From Bryobacterales bacterium (GTDB lineage: Bacteria; Acidobacteriota; Terriglobia; Bryobacterales; Bryobacteraceae), in the NCBI GenBank assembly GCA_963761855.1, contig CAVXJY010000007.1, positions 28,470 to 92,469 on the forward strand: a stretch of DNA of 64,000 bases. The letters run 5' to 3'. Of the stretch, positions 35,486-44,798 are shown one piece after another (position 1 is the stretch's first letter; each line of letters starts with the position of its first letter). The notes beneath the pieces are model-generated. The model was not told the origin of the DNA. It saw nothing but the letters and a program-made list of their open reading frames with translations, and made no database searches. The translations under genes and the position numbers were made by a program.

Positions 35486-37135
35486 TCAATCCTGGCGGCA
35501 TAACCCGGTAATCCTGTTTATCTCTTCCCGCAGTCCACTGCGGTCCCGGCTTGTCAGGCAGCACGACCACGCGCCAAGAAACCCGGTCAGAACCAGGGCC
35601 AGGGCGGAAGCCAGTTTCATCGAGGGCGTTTTCGCCATCTGGGCCGCAACGGCCATCGCCAGCGCAATCAACGCAAGGCCGGCCATTCCGGCGCGCAGTC
35701 GGACGCCCAACACGTCGCTCAAGCGGAGGCCCGTCGCGCGCTTGGCGAATATGAACAGCAGGGCGGTGTTGACCAGAAGCCGTGAGGTCCACGCCAGCGC
35801 GGCCCCGCCAAGACCGTACACGTGGAGAAGCACTATGGTCGCTGCGATTTGAACTGGAAACTCGGCTAGTTGCAGTTTGGCGGCGACGTCTGGTCTCCCG
35901 GCGGCGTTAAGTATGGAGAGCGGCACGCGCGCGAACGAATTCGCCAGAATCCCCACCAGCAGGATGCTGAGTACTGGCGCGCTCTGCGCCGCGAAAACCG
36001 GCCCCATCCAAACGCGCATGATGTCGGCCGAAAAGATGATGCCCGCTGTTATCGGCACGGCGAGTATGAAGAATATCCACCTGACTAGTTTGGCTGCCAG
36101 CGTGATCACCGCTTCGAGATCGCAGGGACGCGCCGCGCTCAGCGTTGGAAACGCCGCTATCATCAGGGTGCAGGGTATTACCAGGATTCGCATCGATGCA
36201 TCGAGCGGGACAGAATAGTACGCAACTGCCGAGAGGCCCAAAACGCCACCGATGACAAACCGGTCTGCGTATACTTGCATCGGACTGATCACGCTGGTGA
36301 CCGTTATCCAACCGCCAAACTTGAACAGGGATGCGAACTCTCCCCGATGGAACCTCATGTTCCGATGCAGGGTGGGAAAAAGGCGCCTCGCCGCATTGTA
36401 TAGGAGGACAAGCCCGACACATCGGGCGGCCACCAGTATCAAGACAATTAGAGCCAGATTCGGCCGCCACAAACTGCACAATGCCGCAAGTAGATATTGT
36501 GCTGCCCCCAAGGGCGCCTGAATTCGGGTGGTGATATCGAAACGCTGCACCGCCTGCAGTAGCCCGATCGTCGAATAAGATGCCATGGAGAACGGAATTC
36601 CCACCGCGCCGATCATAAGTGCGGTCCCGGCCTCGCCGCTCAGCGCCTTTGGGATGTGGAGAATCGGGCCGATCGCATACGGTGAGGCCGCGGCAACGAC
36701 GATAGCTCCCAATATGCCCATGGTGAGCTGTGAGAACACGCCGCTCCAGAAAATGTGTGGCACGCGATGATTGTCTCCGCTGGCTACCACCTGAGCCACG
36801 GCCCGAGTCACCGCCACGCTCATTCCCAGGTCGAGAAGAGAAAAATAACCGATAACAATCCAGAGTAATGTCAACAGTCCGAGACGGTCGTGGCCCAGAT
36901 GTCCCGCGAGAACCGGCATACTCACAAGCGCAGCGGCGGCGGGCACGAATTGCCCGGTGACGGTTAGGACCGAGTTACGCGCAATGCTCACACCCGCCCC
37001 GCGCTTCTGAGCAGCGCAGCCCGGCAATTGGTCCGCGGTCTTGAGCATTCTTGTCGATCCGTCCTTAGCCCACCAGCCTGCCGCTGGTAATCCGCATTCG
37101 ATCGGCCGTCCGCTGGCCAAATCCGTCTTCGCCAC
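35486..37135 (-). CDS. wzx: MOP-superfamily oligosaccharide flippase (Wzx)
   Basis: 549-aa ORF with at least 12 TM helices and an N-terminal ARNSVLTVTGQFV pattern. Start is uncertain (an internal MLKTADQL start is possible). Confidence 0.7.
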   Translation of the reverse strand: MAKTDLASGRPIECGLPAAGWWAKDGSTRMLKTADQLPGCAAQKRGAGVSIARNSVLTVTGQFVPAAAALVSMPVLAGHLGHDRLGLLTLLWIVIGYFSLLDLGMSVAVTRAVAQVVASGDNHRVPHIFWSGVFSQLTMGILGAIVVAAASPYAIGPILHIPKALSGEAGTALMIGAVGIPFSMASYSTIGLLQAVQRFDITTRIQAPLGAAQYLLAALCSLWRPNLALIVLILVAARCVGLVLLYNAARRLFPTLHRNMRFHRGEFASLFKFGGWITVTSVISPMQVYADRFVIGGVLGLSAVAYYSVPLDASMRILVIPCTLMIAAFPTLSAARPCDLEAVITLAAKLVRWIFFILAVPITAGIIFSADIMRVWMGPVFAAQSAPVLSILLVGILANSFARVPLSILNAAGRPDVAAKLQLAEFPVQIAATIVLLHVYGLGGAALAWTSRLLVNTALLFIFAKRATGLRLSDVLGVRLRAGMAGLALIALAMAVAAQMAKTPSMKLASALALVLTGFLGAWSCCLTSRDRSGLREEINRITGLCRQD

Positions 37136-37162
37136 TCATCATCGGTCCAACAGCCCCCGGAT

Positions 37163-37972
37163 TTACCTTGTCGTTGTCGTGAGATAACAGTGGTAGTCGC
37201 CATTCGTCCGAAAACCGAGCGCGCGATAATACCAAATCACGCTCCCCTTCCAGGGATACGCTTTCAGCAGCAAGGCGGCTGGTTTCAAGAGTGAGAAAAT
37301 GTCCTGCCACTGTTTGCGGGAAAGGAAACAGACGCCGGCATTCATGGTTGAAATACCCGCCCGGCGAGCAATTGCGGCGATGGGTTCGGGAATATGCCGG
37401 ATGGTCATTTCGTAAATGAGTCGCGTGTGGAAGGTTTCGATCAACCGGGACTCATGATAGATCTCCCTGATGGCGATGAGCCCTCCTGGGCGCACCATCT
37501 GTGTAATCTGAATCAAGAACTCCACGATGCCCTGGATGGTTTGGGCGTATCCCTTGTCCGAGACAAGATGGTGCATTACCGTGTCAATGTTGACTAAGTC
37601 GAAAGAACCCGGGCGGAACGGCAGGCGCGTGCAGTCACCCGCTACGCAGAACTTGTTAATCGAAGGCCGGTTCGAAAGTAACATCGGGAGGCTGAAATCC
37701 ACGCAGTAAACAGTCGCCTTTGGGAAGCGAGCCAGTACGAGATCGGAGAAGAAGCCGGCTCCGCAGCCGACGTCGAGAACCCGGAGTGGCCGGCTAGGAT
37801 TGAGGATCGCTTGAAGATCATCGAGACGCCTTTCGCAGATCTCCTTGTAGCTGTACAGAAACTTGTAGCTGTACGCCGAGACGTTGCGGTCGAAATGCTG
37901 CCTGAGCCGATGTGCCATTCCTAAAACTCCTGCCATAGGCCACGCAACCTCGTGGCGTGCAGGGCTAACCAA
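37163..37972 (-). CDS. class I SAM-dependent methyltransferase
   Basis: 269 aa with SAM motif I, LRVLDVGCGAGFFS. Confidence 0.8.
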   Translation of the reverse strand: MVSPARHEVAWPMAGVLGMAHRLRQHFDRNVSAYSYKFLYSYKEICERRLDDLQAILNPSRPLRVLDVGCGAGFFSDLVLARFPKATVYCVDFSLPMLLSNRPSINKFCVAGDCTRLPFRPGSFDLVNIDTVMHHLVSDKGYAQTIQGIVEFLIQITQMVRPGGLIAIREIYHESRLIETFHTRLIYEMTIRHIPEPIAAIARRAGISTMNAGVCFLSRKQWQDIFSLLKPAALLLKAYPWKGSVIWYYRALGFRTNGDYHCYLTTTTR

Positions 37973-39314
37973 CCAGGCTGCTTTTGAGAAGGTTGAGTTT
38001 TTCCGCGTCGCGTGGGTCCCGCAGGCGGCTGCTGGTCACGGCTGCAATCAGGCACGCCAGGATGCCGCAAATAAGCGCGCCCGCAATCGGGAATCCCTCG
38101 CGCGGGGGCCAACTCTTGCGGTCCGGCGGCACGGCCCTGTCCACGACCTGGATGACCGGAGCCTCTTTCGCTTCGTCGATTCTGGCGGCCTCGTACTGTT
38201 TCAAAAGCAATTCGAACAGTGTCTCGTTGTACTTGAGGTCGCGGACAGCGCGCACGTATTCCAGGCCGGCTTTCGGTACCAGTGAGGTCGGAATCAAAGG
38301 ATCGCCACTGACACCGGCATCGCTCGGGGCCTCGATCTTCCGCAGTTGTTCGTGCAGCGCCGCCAACTCCGCCTTCTGCCGCACAACCTCGGGGTTCTGC
38401 GGTGTGGCCGCGCTTTCCAATGAGGAAAGAGCGACCTCGCGGCTCGCGATTGCGGCCCGCAGGCGCGCCATGTTGCCAATTATGGATTCCACCTGGGCAG
38501 TCACCTGCAAGACGCCGGTCCGCTCCTGGGTGGCTTTCAGCGCGACTTCCGCGTCGGCTAAGGCCTTCTTTTGCGCTTGTAGTTGGCGCTCAAAGAAGAG
38601 GCGGCGTTGCGCGGACTCGGTCAGCGCCAGGCGGCCGTTCTGCCTGGACAATTCCTCTATATAGGCGTTGGCCAGCGCTGCCGCGCGTTTTGGGCTCCAG
38701 TCCTCGACGGCAACTTTGATCAGTGGATCTTTCGCTCCGGTAATCGTGGATCGCTTCGCCAGCATCTTTCTCGCGCTGTACATCGTCGACACATCGTAAA
38801 GTTGGCGCAGGTTGAACGACTCGATCAAATCGTCGGCTATGGTTCGGCTGCCCAGTATTGCAACGTAGAGGTCACCGGGGGTCTTGAGGCCAAGACCACC
38901 TCCTCCGGCAGCGGCGGAGGCAAGCGGACCCAGTTGACCGAGGAGCGCTGTTACGGCGGACTGCTGCTGTTGGGGAGGCATGATCGACGCCGTGGCCGTG
39001 TAGAGGGGCGGGATCAGGAACGCGACAACCGTCATGACCGCGGCGCCGGCGAGGACCATCCACAAAATGAACCACTTGCGCTCGGCGAGCGCCAGAAGCA
39101 GGTCCAGCAGGCTGAATCCGGACGGCTCCTCGTTCCGGAGCTCCAGTTGGGCAGCCAGAGCTTCCTGTGGTGGATTCGGGTCAAGGTCAGTTGGCACTTT
39201 GATTTTCTCTCGGCGTAAACATGTAGTTGCGGGCCCGCAACGGCTCGCGTCGCCTACTTGAGGACATTGATCGCCGCCCCGCCCAAGGCCAGTTGCCCGA
39301 CGATCTCCGTCCAA
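37965..39314 (-). CDS. polysaccharide co-polymerase (Wzz/GumC-like chain-length determinant) without a kinase domain
   Basis: Two TM helices flank a long coiled-coil periplasmic region; N-terminal LLDLLLALAERKWFI...PPLYTATASIM is Wzz-like. The start overlaps the wza end; the alternative GTG at 39197 avoids that overlap. Confidence 0.7.
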   Translation of the reverse strand: MDGDRRATGLGRGGDQCPQVGDASRCGPATTCLRREKIKVPTDLDPNPPQEALAAQLELRNEEPSGFSLLDLLLALAERKWFILWMVLAGAAVMTVVAFLIPPLYTATASIMPPQQQQSAVTALLGQLGPLASAAAGGGGLGLKTPGDLYVAILGSRTIADDLIESFNLRQLYDVSTMYSARKMLAKRSTITGAKDPLIKVAVEDWSPKRAAALANAYIEELSRQNGRLALTESAQRRLFFERQLQAQKKALADAEVALKATQERTGVLQVTAQVESIIGNMARLRAAIASREVALSSLESAATPQNPEVVRQKAELAALHEQLRKIEAPSDAGVSGDPLIPTSLVPKAGLEYVRAVRDLKYNETLFELLLKQYEAARIDEAKEAPVIQVVDRAVPPDRKSWPPREGFPIAGALICGILACLIAAVTSSRLRDPRDAEKLNLLKSSLVG

Positions 39315-41869
39315 TCGCGCAACCCGTGGAGGACGCCGGGCTTGAAAATCTGTTCCGGTATGACTACGGAATCGCCGGGATTCAGGCGCGTGGAGTCGAA
39401 CGCCTTCTTAAACGGGCTCGATCCTTGCTTGGGGGCTATCGACCCGTCGGCGCGGATGATGAACACGCGGGCTTTGTCCGCCGTGCGGGTGGGACCGCCG
39501 GCCTGGCGCAGGTAGTCTTCCATGCGCTGGGCCGGATCATAGAGGAAAGAGTTCTGATTGTAGACCGCGCCGAACACGTTCACCGTGGCCGGGCGCGCGG
39601 GAACCACGAACTTGTCGCCGTCTTCCAGCGGCAGGTTCATGAGCTTGGTCAGGTCGTTCGAGCCGGGCTGCAGATCGAGCACGATGCGGCCTGTAGCTTT
39701 GAGATTGCGCATTCTGGTGATGAGTTGGCGGGTGTTCTGGACGCTGGTGGTGGCGGCGAGAGCATCCTCCTGCGTGACGGCCCGGCCGATGTTCCTCGAA
39801 GCCGACTGATCCAGGTCCCGCTCCAACTCGTCGACAAACTGGTCGAGGCGCCGCTGCTGGTCCACCCGCGTCGATTCCCGCGTGAACTCGGCACCGTAAA
39901 GGTACGCCTGAGGAGTGAGCCCTCCCTGGCGCTCGATCAGGGCCCCGAGCGTCTCGCCAGGCCGCACCCCATAGACACCGGCTGTCTGGAATTCGCCTTC
40001 CAGACGGACCTTGGGGTTTTGCTGCGACATGGCGACGTGGATATCGGCCTGGGAGAAAACCGTCACCACGTCCCCAGGGCGCAGCTCCAGGTTCTGAGTT
40101 TCGTCGCCGTCAAGGACAAGCTTGCCGGGATTGAAGGCGACTAGTTCGGTCTTGAGATCGCGCGCATTCTGGCGCTCGATGACGGCGTAGGTCCAGTTGA
40201 TCTCCGGGACGGAGGAAGTGATTTCGGCCCCGGCCGGCGTTTGATGTGCTGAGGCGATATCGATCCCATCCAGCACGCGGTGTGCTGGGGCGGTATCGAT
40301 CCCGTCCAACGTGGGGCGCGCTGAAGTGATATCGGTACCGGCCGGCGTACGGCGCGCTTCGGTAGAGGGGTCGGCCGGCACTCTTTCGGCGGGCGGCACA
40401 TATCCCAGAAGGTTGTGCTTCTTCCAGTAGTCGCGGGTGATGAGGGATTCCTTATCGGGGATGACGTCGCGCAGTCGCATGCCGGCGTGCCACGGGAAGC
40501 GGCCCGGATTGGCCACGTTGCCGCGGAGAGTGACGGCGTTGGCGAAGCGGGGAGGGACGGTCGAGACGTAGAGGAGGTCGCCATCGCCGACCCCGTTGGC
40601 GACGCCCGCTGCATCCAGCTTGAACTCGAGCACCTCACGCGAGGCGTTCTGGTGAATGCGCTCCAAGGCAGCGCGCTGAACGTTGGCGACCGCCGACAGG
40701 CCACCGGCCATCCGAATCAGGTCGGCGACTTTGCTGTCGCTCTTCAACTCATACACGCCCGGCACGCGCACGCTGCCGGCGATAGCGGCCCGCGGACCGG
40801 AAGGCGGAACGTAGACGACGTCCCCAGGCAACAGGCGCGCGTCTTTACATTTGTCGCCGTTCAGCAGAAGGTCATAAAGATCGAACTCGATGACGACGTT
40901 GGCGCCGCGCTTGAGCTGAATGTGACGCATGGATCCCTGGCTGGAAGGGCCGCCGGAAGCGAACAAGGCGTTAACGAGGGTGCTCAGCGAGCTGACGGTG
41001 TAGGCGCCGGGATGGCGGGTCTGGCCCACCACAAAGATCTGTATGGAGCGCAACTGGCCCATGTTGACGTTGATGTCGAAATTACGGAAGACGCGCCCAA
41101 GCTGCGAGCGGAGATAACCGGAGAGCTGCTGGAACTGGAGGCCGGCAACATTGATGTTACCGGCCTGGGGAATGAAGACGGCGCCGGCGCGGTCCACCGT
41201 GAGGTCGAGATCGAGATTCACCTGGCCCCATGCGCGGAGCAGAATCTGGTCGCCCGGGCCCACCACATAATCGGCCGTAACCGGTACGCGGTCGAGCGGG
41301 GCGAAGGTGGAAGGCACGCGGTCAAACAGGCTGGCGCCGAAGATGGGCAGGATTTGCCCGATCGACGAGGCGACGAAGCGCTGGAAATCCGTCGGTTCCT
41401 CCGGGGCCTCGGGCAGCAGCGGGGCGGTCTCGGCGAGCCCGGCGTGGTCTGCGGGCCCTGCGGAACCTGACCGGATAGTGGGCGCCATTCGTTCGCGTCC
41501 TGTCGGACGGAACGTGGGAGCGTCGATGGAGGGAGCCTTCCCGTTCTGGCACTCGGGGAGTAAAGAGCCGAGCGGACCAGTGCATTTGCTGGCCTGTATG
41601 GGCGTGGCCCCCAGCACCTGCGCAGCATCGGTGTCTTGGGTATCGCCCGTGTCTTGGGCGGATGCGGGCGGGCTGAAGGCGGCCGACAGCGCGCAAGCCA
41701 GCACGCAAGCTGCAGCGCCGGCGTATCCAGCCGGAATAACGCCGCGCAAAAACCCGTCGCCAGCCCAACAGGGCGGTCTCACACGCCGCGCGCGCCACGT
41801 CAAGTTCGGGGGTGGTTGTCTCACTTCTGCGTAATTCCTTTTCGTGAAATCTGCAGGCCAGGCTCCCAC
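39254..41869 (-). CDS. outer-membrane polysaccharide export protein (Wza-like Poly_export domain plus multiple SLBB domains)
   Basis: YVVGPGDQILLRAWGQ...VTVDRAGAVFIPQAGNINVAGL and several SLBB-like units (LLPGDVVYVP, LRPGDVVTV, LNPGDSVVIP). The alternative GTG start at 41824 forms a GTGA overlap with the wzi stop. Confidence 0.8.
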   Translation of the reverse strand: MGAWPADFTKRNYAEVRQPPPNLTWRARRVRPPCWAGDGFLRGVIPAGYAGAAACVLACALSAAFSPPASAQDTGDTQDTDAAQVLGATPIQASKCTGPLGSLLPECQNGKAPSIDAPTFRPTGRERMAPTIRSGSAGPADHAGLAETAPLLPEAPEEPTDFQRFVASSIGQILPIFGASLFDRVPSTFAPLDRVPVTADYVVGPGDQILLRAWGQVNLDLDLTVDRAGAVFIPQAGNINVAGLQFQQLSGYLRSQLGRVFRNFDINVNMGQLRSIQIFVVGQTRHPGAYTVSSLSTLVNALFASGGPSSQGSMRHIQLKRGANVVIEFDLYDLLLNGDKCKDARLLPGDVVYVPPSGPRAAIAGSVRVPGVYELKSDSKVADLIRMAGGLSAVANVQRAALERIHQNASREVLEFKLDAAGVANGVGDGDLLYVSTVPPRFANAVTLRGNVANPGRFPWHAGMRLRDVIPDKESLITRDYWKKHNLLGYVPPAERVPADPSTEARRTPAGTDITSARPTLDGIDTAPAHRVLDGIDIASAHQTPAGAEITSSVPEINWTYAVIERQNARDLKTELVAFNPGKLVLDGDETQNLELRPGDVVTVFSQADIHVAMSQQNPKVRLEGEFQTAGVYGVRPGETLGALIERQGGLTPQAYLYGAEFTRESTRVDQQRRLDQFVDELERDLDQSASRNIGRAVTQEDALAATTSVQNTRQLITRMRNLKATGRIVLDLQPGSNDLTKLMNLPLEDGDKFVVPARPATVNVFGAVYNQNSFLYDPAQRMEDYLRQAGGPTRTADKARVFIIRADGSIAPKQGSSPFKKAFDSTRLNPGDSVVIPEQIFKPGVLHGLRDWTEIVGQLALGGAAINVLK

Positions 41870-43539
41870 GTCAGTTGTAGCCAGCCGCTGAGGTTGTTCA
41901 TGCGAGGACCCAGGAGCGGAATGTAGAACCTCTCATACTGTATGAACAGACCGGCGGACAACTCACGCGACAAGGCGTATGAAGTGTGCAATGAACCATC
42001 CGACTGCGTGGAGCCGCCGGGGATCAATTTCGCGCTGCCTTTCAACTGGCGGAAGCCTAGCTCGATTTTGCTCCGCGGCGACAACCGGTATGTGGCCCAA
42101 GCCTCTTCCGCCCTCCCATCGCGGCCCACCCAACTGCCCAGCAGTTGGCCGTAGTTGGTGTTGCCGCTGTGGTACTCGTAGTTCATGTAATTGATGGCGT
42201 TGTCGAGCCCCAGCAGGGTGGTGGAAGGAGCTTCCACGCGAAAATCCAAGTGCGGAATTCCAGGCACTCGGGTCAGGTAGATGCCCGGTTCGATCGCGGC
42301 GCGGCGCGGCGAGGCCAGGGGCGAGGGATCGTCGTCGCAGTAGGAGTCGGTATACAAGGTGAGCCAGTTGCGCAGACCGGGGATCCGGTAGCGGAAATCG
42401 AATCCGCCCTTGCGATCGCCGGGGTTGGCCCGGCCACCGCCACCGGCATTGAGGGTGATGAAATTGTCGATGAAGCTGCCCGCCGTCATCGGGTGGCCCG
42501 CGCCCCAGAATATGGACCAGCGGGTGAAGCCCATCTCGAGATTGCCGGTCAGCTTGAAAGACAGCTTTTGCGCGTTGAACCAGGGGCGCCATGTATATTG
42601 CTGCCCACCCAGCTTTCCGATCGCGAACTCGGCGCGGACTTCTCCGAGAAGGCCCAAATGAAGGGGGTGCACCGTGGAAATCCGCAGGTTCTCCGTAGGC
42701 TCGGCATTATCGGAAAACGAAAGCGGCGCATCGTATGTGGGGCCCCACCAGAGAGCCTGCTTCCCGATTGACAACTCCAGGTCCCCTATGTTGAATCCAG
42801 CGTAGGCCTCGATGGCGCGGAAGCGATTCGTATTCGTTCGAGCCTCCGCGGCCTGTAGGGGATTCGTGTCCATCGTGGAGATGGCCTCTCGGACTGCAAG
42901 GGAGTACGGGTCGCTCCCCGGGGCATGCTGATACTCTGCATTGGCGTAAGCGAAGAAGCGGCCCGATTCGGCGCTCGCGGTGAAGCCGGTATAGGAGTTC
43001 CAGCCACGTCCGAAAGGGCGGCCGTTGTCGTCGATCCAGGTTTGGCCGAAATGAAAGCTGTCGTTGAGCGCCGGGCCGGCGATCACCCCGTTGCGCGTGT
43101 AAACGGATTGGAGGGTGATGGAAGATGCGCTGGGGCCGGGCGAGTCCAGTTCGCTGCGCAGTGCGGATATAAGACCGGCTGCTTCCACCCCGAGTTCGGA
43201 CAGATCATCGGTCACCAGCCGAGGACCGTACTCGCCCAGCGATTTCTTAAGCCGCTCTTCGGCTTCCAGGGTCTGCCGCCGGCATTCCCCGCGAGTCCAG
43301 GGGCGCAGGCCGGTAAGTTGCGAAGAGATGAGGCCGAATGAGGCGAGCCGATCAAGGGCGTCGTAAATCCAACTATCCATGGGGACATAGGACGAACCCT
43401 GGCCGGACCTGACGGCTTCGGTGGAGGCCTGCGTGCGGTCGTTTCCCAACAGCGGCGCTGCCGGAACGCTTTGAGCGCACGCGGCTGCCAGAGGCAGCAA
43501 CGCCATGGTCACGAAGCCAAGCGGGCGCAAGTCACGCAT
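41821..43539 (-). CDS. wzi: Wzi-family capsule assembly outer-membrane protein
   Basis: Signal peptide MRDLRPLGFVTMALLPLAAACAQ (ATG 43539), then MDSWIYDALDRLASFGLISSQLTGLRPWTRGE, typical of the Caps_assemb_Wzi family, followed by beta-barrel-like alternation. Confidence 0.7.
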   Translation of the reverse strand: MRDLRPLGFVTMALLPLAAACAQSVPAAPLLGNDRTQASTEAVRSGQGSSYVPMDSWIYDALDRLASFGLISSQLTGLRPWTRGECRRQTLEAEERLKKSLGEYGPRLVTDDLSELGVEAAGLISALRSELDSPGPSASSITLQSVYTRNGVIAGPALNDSFHFGQTWIDDNGRPFGRGWNSYTGFTASAESGRFFAYANAEYQHAPGSDPYSLAVREAISTMDTNPLQAAEARTNTNRFRAIEAYAGFNIGDLELSIGKQALWWGPTYDAPLSFSDNAEPTENLRISTVHPLHLGLLGEVRAEFAIGKLGGQQYTWRPWFNAQKLSFKLTGNLEMGFTRWSIFWGAGHPMTAGSFIDNFITLNAGGGGRANPGDRKGGFDFRYRIPGLRNWLTLYTDSYCDDDPSPLASPRRAAIEPGIYLTRVPGIPHLDFRVEAPSTTLLGLDNAINYMNYEYHSGNTNYGQLLGSWVGRDGRAEEAWATYRLSPRSKIELGFRQLKGSAKLIPGGSTQSDGSLHTSYALSRELSAGLFIQYERFYIPLLGPRMNNLSGWLQLTWEPGLQISRKGITQK

Positions 43540-43543
43540 CTTT

Positions 43544-43828
43544 TCACCGGTCTGAAGCAGCACCTTCGATTCGCGGCGGGTCCGGGGCCATCCGTTCCGA
43601 AAAGCGGTTGACCATTGCTTTCAGCTCGTCGAGCTTCTCATCGATAGCTCGGCATTGTTCCGGATTGGTCAAGCCTTGCGAGTCGGCCTGACTGGCATGC
43701 ATAAGCTCTGACCGCGCGTAGTCGGAAAGCGTGCGAGCTCCGGCCGCGGAGCATGCGAGTCTCAGGCGCTCGTATTCAGCCTGAGTGAGCCGGAAAATTA
43801 CAATTCGATTTCTCCGCAACCGTGGCAT
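43544..43828 (-). CDS. small ribbon-helix-helix protein, MobC-like
   Basis: 94 aa. RIVIFRLTQAEYERLRLACSAAGARTLSDYARSEL fits the RHH/MobC pattern (beta strand plus two helices). Confidence 0.55.
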   Translation of the reverse strand: MPRLRRNRIVIFRLTQAEYERLRLACSAAGARTLSDYARSELMHASQADSQGLTNPEQCRAIDEKLDELKAMVNRFSERMAPDPPRIEGAASDR

Positions 43829-43972
43829 TTATGCCCCCTTGCGATGGGCATCTGGAGTCTAGATCCGATCACTTCCGTCTAAAACAGCGTCAGAATCGGT
43901 GTCTTGGCTGGTTCAGCACTCTGTTCGAACTTAGTGTGCTTGCACGTGGGGATCCGTCTGGCGTTGCATCAC

Positions 43973-44533
43973 CTAACGCGTGTATGCAGATGGCGATTTC
44001 GCAGTAGAGCCGTATTCACCTAGGCCGGCCACACGCGACCGGGCGCCGTCGATCACGCTGACGAGATCGCGATCGATCTCAACCGCGACAGCGCGCTGTA
44101 GCAATTCAACATTGACGACTACGCGGTACGCCGACTTCTCGCGGGCCAGTATTCCTTCCAGGCCGGAGAGCGGACCTTCGCAAATCCGCACACGCTGCCC
44201 GACACTGAGGTAACGCCATGGGGCAACCGCGAGACCGGAGCCGGCCAGCATTTTCACTGCATCGATCTCCTCATCGCCAACGGGGGCGGGCTCGCCGCCA
44301 AATCCAACCACCGACTGGACGCTGGGCAGGCTGAGCACCTTCAGGCGGTCCGCGAACGAGAACCGGCAGAACACGTATCTCGGGAAAAGCGGCAACTCCA
44401 CCGTCTGCATGCGGTCGGACCAACGCCGGCGGTCGCGATAAAGCGGTGCGTAAGATTCGAGCGATCTGGCAACAAGGCGTTCAGCCACGACCTTTTCGTG
44501 GCGCGGTTTTACGGTGAGTGCGAACCAGTGCAT
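43973..44533 (-). CDS. specialised NusG paralog (UpxY/RfaH-like operon-specific antiterminator)
   Basis: 186 aa. WFALTVKPRHEKVVAERL...LFPRYVFCRF (NGN domain) and a C-terminal KOW-like GQRVRICEGPLSGLEGIL. It is the first gene of the EPS string. Confidence 0.75.
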   Translation of the reverse strand: MHWFALTVKPRHEKVVAERLVARSLESYAPLYRDRRRWSDRMQTVELPLFPRYVFCRFSFADRLKVLSLPSVQSVVGFGGEPAPVGDEEIDAVKMLAGSGLAVAPWRYLSVGQRVRICEGPLSGLEGILAREKSAYRVVVNVELLQRAVAVEIDRDLVSVIDGARSRVAGLGEYGSTAKSPSAYTR

Positions 44534-44798
44534 GTGTAGCCAGGCCCAGACAAGCTTCCGCTATTGTGAGCCCCATGGGGTCCGGCTGAAGCGCCTGGGC
44601 GCGAGTCAACTGTATTACAGTGACGGCAGCGTAAAAGTATTCTTATTTTTTCTTCCGGCCCGCCGCCGGTGTGTGCGCTGTCGCAATCCGATTTCGACGC
44701 TGGGCCGGCATCGACCCACGGCAGACGCCGGAAGCAGCAACTCATGATTGGATTCAAGCTAAACCTTCAGCCGTTTCCAGCCGATATCAGCGTCAGGT

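Noticed and set aside
39227-41470. 305-aa and 351-aa plus-strand ORFs opposite the Wza-like gene, plus several ORFs of 130-190 aa in alternative frames
   Set aside because: Shadow and alternative-frame ORFs. Only the minus-strand frame shows Poly_export/SLBB patterns.
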